From contig CAYXCB010000002.1 in assembly GCA_964463635.1 (NCBI GenBank), positions 1 to 62,260 on the forward strand: a stretch of DNA of 62,260 bases, given 5' to 3'. The notes under the pieces are model-generated. The model was not told the DNA's origin. It ran no database searches and saw nothing but the letters and a program-made list of their open reading frames with translations. The DNA is from an uncultured Candidatus Saccharibacteria bacterium. GTDB taxonomy: Bacteria; Patescibacteriota; Saccharimonadia; Saccharimonadales; CAZARM01. Below are positions 41,250 to 49,291 of this stretch, one piece after another. Position numbers and translations under genes: made by a program. Numbering within the stretch: the first letter of the stretch is position 1; each line of letters begins with the position of its first letter.

Positions 41250-42370
41250 TGATCCGACGCATTTACATACTAGTAACACTCTTTGTTATGTTGGGTAGTT
41301 TTGTGCCAAGAGCCAGCGCCCTTACTGCAGATCAGAGAAGAGTTATTGATTCAGGAGTCCATTACTTCGATGTAGAGACCGGCTGCGCCACAGCACCCGT
41401 TGTCAGCCTGTCGGGCAGTACGTACGGTACTAACATTACGGGCGGTGATACAACTATACAAAAAATTACACCATCTCCTTTTAGCGGCACTCCAATCACT
41501 CCAACTGGCGTAACCCTACACTGGACAGGAGGTAACCCCAATCAATCTGTAGAAAGTTTTATATCTAATATCAGCAGCAGAGGCTTTTCGGTACAGCTGT
41601 ACATTGATGGCAATGGAAATGTCTACCAGCTGGTTGATCAGTTAAATACTCTAACCGCTCACGCAGACGGGGCGAACAGCAAGACCATCGGTATAGAAAT
41701 TGCCGCCGGCAGCGATGGTACCGTAGAAACAGCGGCTAGAGAAATTAACGCTAATACTATTCAAAAACAAGCCGTCGCGCGTACTGTAAAATATCTTGTT
41801 GACACTTACGCTATGAGCATCGCCCCAGATGTCCCGAACCTCAAAGGTATCTTGTCCCACCACCAAATTTCTCCCGATCGTAAAAGTGATGTGGGAGATC
41901 AGTACCATGCAGAGATTGTAAGCGCTGTTAAAAATAATGGCCAGTTGACCATATCAAACAGTGGGAGTTGCTCGCCAGTAGCGACCGAGGGGGGTGGAGG
42001 TGACTCAGAAGCGAACAAGCTCCTTGGCCAGCAGTTGGCAGCCGATAAAGGCTTTGCCGGATCCGAGTGGGCCTGTCTGCTTGAATTGTGGACCAGAGAA
42101 TCCGGTTGGAACCAGGCGGCGGATAACCCCAAATCATCAGCTTATGGCATCCCCCAAGCGCTTATGGGTGTACATAAAGCCAATATTGACGCTAGCTACC
42201 CAGGATACTATGATGCCGAAGTGCAAGTCACACCCGGAGAAAAAGCCACCTACAATTATACTGGCGGAGACCCCGTTGTCCAGATTAAGTGGGGCTTAGA
42301 TTATATAAATGGGCGATACCGCACACCATGCGCTGCACTGGCGTTTCATGACGCGGAGGGTAATTACTAG
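41222..42370 (+). CDS. bifunctional cell-wall hydrolase: N-acetylmuramoyl-L-alanine amidase (amidase_2/PGRP type) plus lytic-transglycosylase-like domain
   Basis: 382 aa. GVTLHWTGG...TAHADGANSKTIGIEIA...SHHQISPDRKSDVG, then a C-terminal LELWTRESGWNQAADNPKSSAYGIPQAL. The start is uncertain because it overlaps the previous gene by 28 nt. Confidence 0.7.
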   Translation: MALVKDGQLVIRRIYILVTLFVMLGSFVPRASALTADQRRVIDSGVHYFDVETGCATAPVVSLSGSTYGTNITGGDTTIQKITPSPFSGTPITPTGVTLHWTGGNPNQSVESFISNISSRGFSVQLYIDGNGNVYQLVDQLNTLTAHADGANSKTIGIEIAAGSDGTVETAAREINANTIQKQAVARTVKYLVDTYAMSIAPDVPNLKGILSHHQISPDRKSDVGDQYHAEIVSAVKNNGQLTISNSGSCSPVATEGGGGDSEANKLLGQQLAADKGFAGSEWACLLELWTRESGWNQAADNPKSSAYGIPQALMGVHKANIDASYPGYYDAEVQVTPGEKATYNYTGGDPVVQIKWGLDYINGRYRTPCAALAFHDAEGNY

Positions 42371-42379
42371 GAGATTATT

Positions 42380-43696
42380 GTGAACAAGAGAAAACTGGTA
42401 ATAATTACATTGGTAGTCCTGTTAGCGGCCTTAGTTGTGTGGCTACTCATCAGGAAAGACCCTAAACCACCCGAGACACTTGTCGCCAGTGAAATTGTTG
42501 CGACGAACATTAAGCATACCGACCAGTTGCCGCAGTCCAGCGATAGTTTAACCTTCTTCACCGGTACGGCTATCGCAGATATTACTTTCCCTAAGGGAGG
42601 TGGGGCGGCTATTAGTCTGACCGGGTTGGATGATGTGCCCTTTGAAGATGTAGACAAAATAAGTAGTAGTGATGATCTTACCCTCGTTCGAAGCTATTTT
42701 GATCCGGGATCGAGTCTATTGAATTTTGCCCCTGGTGCCAGACTTACGGGCAGAAGCGGGGCAGGCAAAAGCTGGTTTGTGATTAATAAAAGCGGGCAAG
42801 TTAGTCCGCTAACCTTGCAAAACCAAGATACGATCGCCGACGGCCTAGTCGATGGGGAGCAAATTTATCTGCTCGTGAACCAGTCGGGGGGCAAGCAGCA
42901 GCTAGTTTCCATTAAGGGAACCGCGGAGCCAAAAGTTGTTGCTGATGGATTAGCGGCAACCTCTTTTGTAGGAGCGTTAGAGGGCAGAATAGTAATGCGA
43001 GACTTCCGAGGGAAGGTATATATTCACTACGGAGGCGCGACGGACGAAGTCGCATCAAACGTTGGCGAAGTCTGGCTGGACAGAACGAGCGGTCGCTTGG
43101 TTTTGTCGCCAATAAATGAAAGTGAAGTTGGCGAAGAGGGGGGAATAGCCGCGAGCCAAACGACAGAAAAACCGCCGACAAAGGTAGATATTATCCGCGT
43201 GGATAGCCGAGAGAAACAAACTTTGACCCTGCCATATCCTATCTTTTTTGTAAGCAAAGGTTTTGTTTTAAGCGTACCAGAGCTAAGTAGGCCTTCACGG
43301 ATCGAGTTAAGCAACCTCGTAACGGAAGAACAGTTTGGTATTGCTATTGACCAGTCGGGCAACAAAGTAACAGGTCCGGTTAGCTCCTTGCATATATTAA
43401 AGGGCGATTTTAGTTTGATTGGCGCAATCACCACGAACAATCAGCTTGTCTTATACGGCGAGGGCGATTTTATCAAAAAACAAGCACCCGCCAAGCTGCC
43501 GATTGTTAAGTCCACTATTGGTCTATATGGCTACGAATATAATATTCGGGCTAATCAGTTAACGATCTTTTATGACTCTGCTGCCGATACGGATATTATC
43601 TCCGCTTCTTTGGTCTTGTTTGAAGACCAGTGTGACTGCGATATCAACCAGTTAAGCAAGCAGTGGCGAGAGACAGCGTCGGAACCCGGGCTTTAA
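42380..43696 (+). CDS. hypothetical N-terminally anchored extracytoplasmic protein, last gene of the T4SS operon
   Basis: 438 aa. One N-terminal TM (LVIITLVVLLAALVVWLLI) and a beta-rich remainder. Its position corresponds to PrgL/VirB8-like genes in Gram-positive systems, but this is a position-only argument. Confidence 0.5.
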   Translation: MNKRKLVIITLVVLLAALVVWLLIRKDPKPPETLVASEIVATNIKHTDQLPQSSDSLTFFTGTAIADITFPKGGGAAISLTGLDDVPFEDVDKISSSDDLTLVRSYFDPGSSLLNFAPGARLTGRSGAGKSWFVINKSGQVSPLTLQNQDTIADGLVDGEQIYLLVNQSGGKQQLVSIKGTAEPKVVADGLAATSFVGALEGRIVMRDFRGKVYIHYGGATDEVASNVGEVWLDRTSGRLVLSPINESEVGEEGGIAASQTTEKPPTKVDIIRVDSREKQTLTLPYPIFFVSKGFVLSVPELSRPSRIELSNLVTEEQFGIAIDQSGNKVTGPVSSLHILKGDFSLIGAITTNNQLVLYGEGDFIKKQAPAKLPIVKSTIGLYGYEYNIRANQLTIFYDSAADTDIISASLVLFEDQCDCDINQLSKQWRETASEPGL

Positions 43697-43709
43697 TAAT
43701 CAGCCAAGA

Positions 43710-43788
43710 GGGATGATGTGGCAGCGGTCCATGAAGTGCTGAACCACGACATCGGCGTCAGTAGTGGTTATAAACGTTTGATGGCCGC
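43710..43788. repeat. orphan copy of the last ~26 codons of recF (direct repeat of 44567..44645)
   Basis: 77/79 identical. Both mismatches are synonymous in the RecF frame. Stop codons lie immediately upstream in that frame. Confidence 0.8.
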
Positions 43789-43801
43789 ATCAACTTCAGT
43801 G

Positions 43802-43830
43802 TTGACTTTGTATACAATACTATGTATACT
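43802..43830 (+). promoter_or_regulatory. vapBC promoter with a palindromic operator (probably leaderless)
   Basis: TTGACT, 17-nt spacer containing TTGTATACAA, TATACT. The ATG at 43837 lies 6 nt after the -10. Confidence 0.6.
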
Positions 43831-43836
43831 GTAGGC

Positions 43837-44091
43837 ATGAAAAGTATACAATATACGATACGCAACATCCCTTCAACGGTGGATAAAGCCCTGCGCAACC
43901 GCGCACGCAAGCAAGGCAAGAGTTTCAACACAACGCTAGTGGATGCTCTCAAGGACGCCGCCGGCGTAGACAAAGACGCCAAAGAGTATCATGATCTCGA
44001 TTGGTTCTTCGGCAGTGGCATGATCGACAAGCAGGCATTCGATGAAGCACTGCGCGAGCAAAGAAAAATTGACCCAGAGATGTGGACGTGA
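43837..44091 (+). CDS. vapB: type II antitoxin (VapB/RHH-like)
   Basis: MKSIQYTIRNIPSTVDKALRNRARKQGKSFNTTLVDALK.... The start is moved to the second ATG because the first lies inside the -10. Confidence 0.75.
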   Translation: MKSIQYTIRNIPSTVDKALRNRARKQGKSFNTTLVDALKDAAGVDKDAKEYHDLDWFFGSGMIDKQAFDEALREQRKIDPEMWT

Positions 44092-44477
44092 TAGCCGTAG
44101 ATACGAACGCGTATAGTGACTTGGATGCCGGTAATGCATCATTGGAACAATTAGTGCGTGTTGAGGATATTATTGCTCTACCTGTTATCGTTATTGGAGA
44201 AATCCGTTTTGGCTTCGAACTCGGTAATAGAAAAGCGGTTAATGAAGGTCGGTTGACTGAATTCCTGAGAAACCAGCGCGTGAAAGTCCTGAATATCGAC
44301 GAGAAAACAACTACCGTATACGCCCAACTACACGCCGAACTCAGGAGCAAGGGGACGCCCATACCCGCTAACGATCTCTGGATCGCGGCACTTTGCTTGC
44401 AGTACGGCTGTCCGCTAGCAACTGCTGACAAACATTTCGATAATGTCCCGCTCTTGCAAACCATCACCGTAAAGTAG
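44082..44477 (+). CDS. vapC: PIN-domain toxin VapC
   Basis: 131 aa. ...IAVDTNAYSDL..., conserved acidic residues, ANDLWIAALCLQYGCPLATADKHF. GTG start overlapping the vapB stop. Confidence 0.85.
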   Translation: MDVIAVDTNAYSDLDAGNASLEQLVRVEDIIALPVIVIGEIRFGFELGNRKAVNEGRLTEFLRNQRVKVLNIDEKTTTVYAQLHAELRSKGTPIPANDLWIAALCLQYGCPLATADKHFDNVPLLQTITVK

Positions 44478-44527
44478 CCTTGGGAGACCTATCTTAAGCG
44501 CAAGTGTCGGGACACCTAATTTCTAGT

Positions 44528-44548
44528 TTCCAAGAACCGTCCTTGGAA
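44528..44548. terminator. hairpin TTCCAAG-AACCGTC-CTTGGAA between the convergent vapC and recF
   Basis: 7-bp stem. Same stem sequence family as 15022..15046. Confidence 0.4.
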
Positions 44549-44556
44549 TTGGCGGT

Positions 44557-45618
44557 TTACCTTAGGGGGATGATGTGGCAGCGGTCCATGAAGTGCTGGA
44601 CCACGACGTCGGCGTCAGTAGTGGTTATAAACGTTTGATGGCCGCTTAAAAAGTCGGTTAGGGCCCGTCGCCTGGAGCCATCAAGCTCGCTAAAAACATC
44701 ATCCAGTAGCAAGATGGGCCGCTGGTCGCGGGCTGCTTCAATTAGCTGCATTTCGACAATCTTTAGGCTCAAAACCATCGTCCGTACTTCGCCCCTGGAA
44801 GCTGCGTCGTCAGCAAGGTAGCCATTTAAGGAAACCTGCAAATCGTCCCGGTGCGGGCCGTAGGCCGTGAAGCCACGCTGATAGTCTAGCTCACTGCCTT
44901 GGTCTAGTTTGTGTAGTAGTTTCGAGCTGTAGTTCTCCGTGCCGCAAGAACTTTGATAGCTAATCTCGAGCTTGGCTTTGGTCTTGGACAGTTGGCGGTA
45001 AAGTTTTTGCACCGAACCGTTCAGTTTGGCCACCAGTTCTATGCGCCTAGCAGCTATTTGGCCGCCCAGTTCGCTCAGGCGAATATTCCAAGCGAACAGC
45101 TGTTGGTTAGCCTGATTAGGGTTTTGCTTGAGCAGGGCATTGCGCTGAGCCAGTGCCCGTTTGTATTGGCGGCGAACAATTCCAAAGCCGCCAATAGTTT
45201 GTTCTAGTAGATTATCCAGGAACTCCCGGCGGTGCTCCGGCGAGCCGTGCAGTAGTTGCAAATGGTTGGGCTCAAACAACACGACTGGCTGGGTTTTATG
45301 CAGCGGCAGCCGTATGTATGGATGATTGTCGACAATGAATGATTTCTTGATTCGAGCCGTGCCCTCAACCGCTTCCAGCTTAACCGTCCTGGAGCCATTC
45401 TCGCCGTGGCTGTCCAGCCTAGACCAGCTTTGGCCGTGTCTTATCAACTCGGGGTCGCGAACCCGGTAAGAGCCGCCCGCTGAAGCCACCAGCAGAGCTT
45501 CTAGTAGGTTGGTCTTGCCGCTGGCGTTCGGGCCAACAATTATATTAACGCCGGGATCGAGTTCAAAGGTTTCGTCCTGGTAGGAGCGAAAGTGCTGCAA
45601 GCGAATGTCGCTGATCAT
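44557..45618 (-). CDS. recF: DNA replication/repair protein RecF
   Basis: 353 aa. Walker A GPNASGKTNLLEAL, signature/Walker B region ILLLDDVFSELD. Confidence 0.93.
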   Translation of the reverse strand: MISDIRLQHFRSYQDETFELDPGVNIIVGPNASGKTNLLEALLVASAGGSYRVRDPELIRHGQSWSRLDSHGENGSRTVKLEAVEGTARIKKSFIVDNHPYIRLPLHKTQPVVLFEPNHLQLLHGSPEHRREFLDNLLEQTIGGFGIVRRQYKRALAQRNALLKQNPNQANQQLFAWNIRLSELGGQIAARRIELVAKLNGSVQKLYRQLSKTKAKLEISYQSSCGTENYSSKLLHKLDQGSELDYQRGFTAYGPHRDDLQVSLNGYLADDAASRGEVRTMVLSLKIVEMQLIEAARDQRPILLLDDVFSELDGSRRRALTDFLSGHQTFITTTDADVVVQHFMDRCHIIPLR

Positions 45619-45620
45619 AT

Positions 45621-45658
45621 GAGTATAAAGTCCATAAAGTTCTTAAAGTCTAAAGTCA
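45621..45658. repeat. short tandem repeat array (7-9-nt GTNNNTAAA units), left arm of cassette 4
   Basis: GAGTATAAA GTCCATAAA GTTCTTAAA GTCTAAA GTCATAG, between the recF start and the cassette ORF stop. Confidence 0.5.
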
Positions 45659-46000
45659 TAGGCTCTTTATAAATCCAGAAAGAAGTTTGGATGTTTCAAT
45701 AGCCAGATCTATAAGCTGCTTGGCACTTTTTTGTTCGATATAGCCCAGTTCTTCGCCCAGACGAACCATAGAGCGCACTTCGCCGCAAGAACCTTTTGCG
45801 ATGAACAGAAATTGTTTGAGTTCTTTGTTGCTTCTTCTCTCAAAACCCTCGGCAATATTATTCATAATCGAAACGCTTGCCCGTTGAAGTTGAGAGTTAT
45901 AACCAGCATCTCTAATTACCTTACATTCGAAATAGATCAGTTTTGTTAACTCTTTTGCTTTTTGCCAGGCTATTACTTCTTCAAAAGAGTTTATCGTCAT
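45656..46000 (-). CDS. four-helix-bundle protein (IVS-protein family), cassette 4, inside the dnaN-recF interval
   Basis: 114 aa. MTINSFEEVIAWQKAKELT...IMNNIAEGFERRSNKELKQFLFIAKGSCGEVRSMV. Confidence 0.85.
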   Translation of the reverse strand: MTINSFEEVIAWQKAKELTKLIYFECKVIRDAGYNSQLQRASVSIMNNIAEGFERRSNKELKQFLFIAKGSCGEVRSMVRLGEELGYIEQKSAKQLIDLAIETSKLLSGFIKSL

Positions 46001-46040
46001 GTCTTAACTTTACACTTTTTACTTGTTACTTTCGACTTGC
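46001..46040. repeat. short tandem repeat array (ACTT every 6-8 nt), right arm of cassette 4
   Basis: GTCTTAACTTTACACTTTTTACTTGTTACTTTCGACTTGC. Its reverse complement carries AAAGT/CAAGT units like the left arm. Confidence 0.5.
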
Positions 46041-46046
46041 TCAAAT

Positions 46047-47132
46047 CTAAGATTTGAGCGGCATAATGATGTGCAAATAATCAGGCTCTTTAGGGTCTTG
46101 TAGCAAGCTAGCTTCCAGCTTACCGTTAAAACCAAAAGTAACCGTGTCGCCACTGAGTACGTTTAAACTGTCGAGCAAGTAACGAGAGTTAATAGTAATT
46201 GAACCCTCGCCAACTACTTCGGCCGTGGCGCTTGAGGTGTTTTCACCTAGTTGAGACGCAATTGAGTGGATGTTAACCTGGTCTTTTTCGACATTAATAG
46301 TGATGCTGCCGGCGCTTTCGCGGGCAAACAGGCTCGAGACTTTGGTTATATTGACTAGTTCGGCTCGTTTCAGCGTAGCCGAAGTCGCGAAGTTTTCGGG
46401 TATCAGCTTTCTATAGTCAGGGTAGTTGCCTTCAATTAGCCGGGCGACTAATTCAACGTCACCGACTTTGAACAAAACCTGTTGGTCGTCGTGGGTAACT
46501 TCTACCTCTTCATCGTGGTCGCCTAGGATTCTTAGCAAGTCTTGCATGGCGCTAGCGGGTATTAACAGCTTTACATCGCCAGGTGCTTTCATCAGCTGTT
46601 TTTCGGCTAAACGGTAGCTGTCAGTTGCGACGGCATAAAGCTTGTTTTCAAAAGTATGGAAATAAACCCCAGTTAGGACGGGCCGGGCTTCGTCCGACGA
46701 GGCAGCTACAATAACTTGCTGCAAGCCGTGTTTGAGGACCTTGCCTGGTATAGTCCAGTTTTGGCCGCCGGCAATGGCCGGCATAACAGGGAAGTCTTCC
46801 GCCGAAATACCGTTGATCGTCGACTCATATTTATCAGTGGTGATATTGAGTTTGTTGTCTTCGAGTTTCAGTTCAATAATGCCGGACGGTAAACTACTGA
46901 CAAAATCTTGCATCAAGCGGGCAGGGACAGTAATAGCGCCTTCTTTGGTTTGTTTGGAGCCAATGAAATGAGTAATTGCGATGTCGAGGTTGGTCGCGGC
47001 AATGCTGAGGCGGTTATCAACTGTTTTAAGTAGGACGTTTGATAGTATCGGCAGGGTACCGCGGCTATTAGCCACCCGAGCCACGGTATTTAGGGCTTTG
47101 CTTAGGTTTTCCTGGGTGACTTGCAGCTTCAT
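46047..47132 (-). CDS. dnaN: DNA polymerase III beta sliding clamp
   Basis: 361 aa, located between dnaA and recF. MKLQVTQENLSKALNTVARV...LPILSNVLL.... Confidence 0.93.
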   Translation of the reverse strand: MKLQVTQENLSKALNTVARVANSRGTLPILSNVLLKTVDNRLSIAATNLDIAITHFIGSKQTKEGAITVPARLMQDFVSSLPSGIIELKLEDNKLNITTDKYESTINGISAEDFPVMPAIAGGQNWTIPGKVLKHGLQQVIVAASSDEARPVLTGVYFHTFENKLYAVATDSYRLAEKQLMKAPGDVKLLIPASAMQDLLRILGDHDEEVEVTHDDQQVLFKVGDVELVARLIEGNYPDYRKLIPENFATSATLKRAELVNITKVSSLFARESAGSITINVEKDQVNIHSIASQLGENTSSATAEVVGEGSITINSRYLLDSLNVLSGDTVTFGFNGKLEASLLQDPKEPDYLHIIMPLKS

Positions 47133-47390
47133 TTATATGTCTCCTTACTATATATGTATTAATTAGTAGTAGTTACTATAGGGCCTGTGGAAGATGGGTA
47201 AAACCAACCTACTAACAGGGGTAAATATAGACGAAATGATAGTGGTACAAACTGCTGCTTGGCTGGGTACAAATAGTGTACAAACTGCTGACTTATACCA
47301 CTATAGGGCTGAGCAAGTTTAGGACTGTGGGTAAACAGCCCAAAACGTCCACAACCATCGCGCAACTTATACGCAGTCTCTGCACAGGTT
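47133..47390. promoter_or_regulatory. dnaA-dnaN intergenic region with DnaA-box-like motifs and direct repeats (possible second oriC half)
   Basis: TGTGGGTAA (47326-47334) is one mismatch from the reverse complement of TTATCCACA. TGGGTAAAA lies at 47195-47203. GTACAAACTGCTG occurs twice (47245, 47278). Confidence 0.4.
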
Positions 47391-48761
47391 TTACGCATAG
47401 AGACGGTCCTTGATTTCTGATATTGCCGCCTTGATGTCGGCATCGTAGCTTACTTCTTTTTCAATCTTATCAACCGAGTGTATAGCGGTAGTGTGGTCTT
47501 TGCGGCCTAGTTCGCGGGCAATTTTAGGGAAACTCAGGTGTAGCTCGCTCCTGAGCATGTACATAGCAATTTGGCGCGGCACCACGATGTCTTTGTCGCG
47601 CTTCGGGCCTAAGATATCCTCCATTTGTATCTGGAAATGCTTGGCAGTACGTTCAATGATCTGTTTGGCACTAATGTGTTTCGGCCGGGCTTTGCCGGCG
47701 CCCAGCAAGCTAGTAGCTATACCTAAGTCGGGTTCAAGCCCGCGCATTTCACAAAAGGCTAACAATTGGTTGAGGGCACCCTCCAGCTCGCGGATGTTGG
47801 TCTGTACCAGGTTAGCCAGAAACTCCACCACTGGCGGTGGCAAGGTGACGTCGTGGCCGCCAGCTTTGGTTTGGACGATGGCGCAGCGGGTTTCAAAGTC
47901 AGGATTCTGCATATCAATTGCCATACCCATCACAAAGCGGCTACGCAAACGCTCTTCCAGGGTCGGGATATCACGTGGCGGCTTATCGCTGCTTAGGATA
48001 ATCTGTTTGTTAGCTTGGTGCAGGGCATTAAAGGTATGGAAAAATTCTTCCTGGGTCTTTTCTTTGCCGGCTATAAACTGGACATCATCAATAATCAGCA
48101 CATCAGCACTGCGGTAATAGCCGGCAAAATCAGTATTTTTCTTGTAACGGATAGCATCTAAGAACTCCTGGACAAACTGCTCAGTCGAAACATACACCAC
48201 ATGGGCGCTGGGGTTGTTGGCGACCACGGCGTTGCCCACAGCTTGGATCAAATGGGTTTTACCAATCCCGACACCGCCGTAAATAAATAACGGGTTGTAC
48301 TTAGTGCCGGTGTTTTGGGCTACGGCCTGGCAGGCGGCGTACGCTAGTTCGTTGCCTGAGCCTACGATAAAAGACTCAAAAGTATAGCGCTCATTCAGGC
48401 CTTGGCGGTAAGTGTGGGTCAGGGTAGTCGTGGCCGGCGGTGCCTGGCCCTTTTCATGCCCACTGCTAGCGTTATTAAGCACCAGCGGCTCTTCCTCAGT
48501 TTTTTTCGGCAAAGTAATCGCCGAGTGGATCTTGTATTCGATTTTCTCAGGGGTTAAGCCGTTTTTAGCTAGTGTGTCGGCGATCAGTTGGTTAAACTTG
48601 CGCTCCAGTTGCTGTTTTATGAAGACATTCGGTACGCCGATTACTAATATATTGTCTTTGTGACGGAGCAGGCGGGTGTTTTTGAACCACGTCACAAAAC
48701 TGCCACGCGAAACTGTTAACTCAATTTCGCCTAACACTGCCTGCCACAGCTTATCGTGCAT
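47391..48761 (-). CDS. dnaA: chromosomal replication initiator DnaA
   Basis: 456 aa. AAA+ Walker A GGVGIGKTHL, Walker B LIIDDVQF, and the C-terminal DNA-binding domain (...DHTTAIHSV...). Confidence 0.96.
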   Translation of the reverse strand: MHDKLWQAVLGEIELTVSRGSFVTWFKNTRLLRHKDNILVIGVPNVFIKQQLERKFNQLIADTLAKNGLTPEKIEYKIHSAITLPKKTEEEPLVLNNASSGHEKGQAPPATTTLTHTYRQGLNERYTFESFIVGSGNELAYAACQAVAQNTGTKYNPLFIYGGVGIGKTHLIQAVGNAVVANNPSAHVVYVSTEQFVQEFLDAIRYKKNTDFAGYYRSADVLIIDDVQFIAGKEKTQEEFFHTFNALHQANKQIILSSDKPPRDIPTLEERLRSRFVMGMAIDMQNPDFETRCAIVQTKAGGHDVTLPPPVVEFLANLVQTNIRELEGALNQLLAFCEMRGLEPDLGIATSLLGAGKARPKHISAKQIIERTAKHFQIQMEDILGPKRDKDIVVPRQIAMYMLRSELHLSFPKIARELGRKDHTTAIHSVDKIEKEVSYDADIKAAISEIKDRLYA

Positions 48762-49096
48762 AAAACCCTCTCCATCTCGAACCTTAGTGGATCTACTATA
48801 ACAAAAATCCCGGACTTTTCCACAAGCAATCAGGCATTAAAGAGATGAGTGATCAAAATCACACGAAACAGATAGGCTTTTATACACACAAATTTGTGGC
48901 CTCTGTTAAATCTGTGGAAAATATTTGGTGTAAGGTGGATAACTTGTTAAGATAAGTGGGTAAACATTGTCAAAATCACGCCAGCCTGGACCCTTTAGGG
49001 TCAAACACCGTTTCATCGTATAATGTAAGGCGAAGCAATAGGCGCCCGAGCTATCAGGCGTGTCCAGATCCGGAAGATATTAAGGAGTAATAGAAG
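48762..49096. promoter_or_regulatory. oriC candidate: DnaA-box cluster between dnaA and rpmH
   Basis: TTTTCCACA at 48816-48824, TTATACACA at 48880-48888, TGTGGAAAA at 48913-48921, GGTGGATAA at 48934-48942, GTGGGTAAA at 48956-48964. Confidence 0.65.
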
Positions 49097-49234
49097 ATGC
49101 CTAAACGAACATTTCAACCCAAGAAGCGCAAACGGGCTCGCGAGCACGGTTTTTTTGCGCGCATGGCCACTAAGGCAGGGCAGAACGTGCTGCGCCGCCG
49201 GCGGCTCAAGGGCCGCCACAAGCTCAGCGCCTAA
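49097..49234 (+). CDS. rpmH: 50S ribosomal protein L34
   Basis: My own translation (45 aa, below the track cutoff): [49 protein letters not shown] lies upstream. Confidence 0.93.
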   Translation: MPKRTFQPKKRKRAREHGFFARMATKAGQNVLRRRRLKGRHKLSA

Positions 49235-49291
49235 TTAAATATTGTTTTGTAATTTTAACAGCAGTTTGTCAAATGAGTAAGGGCAGGGCAG

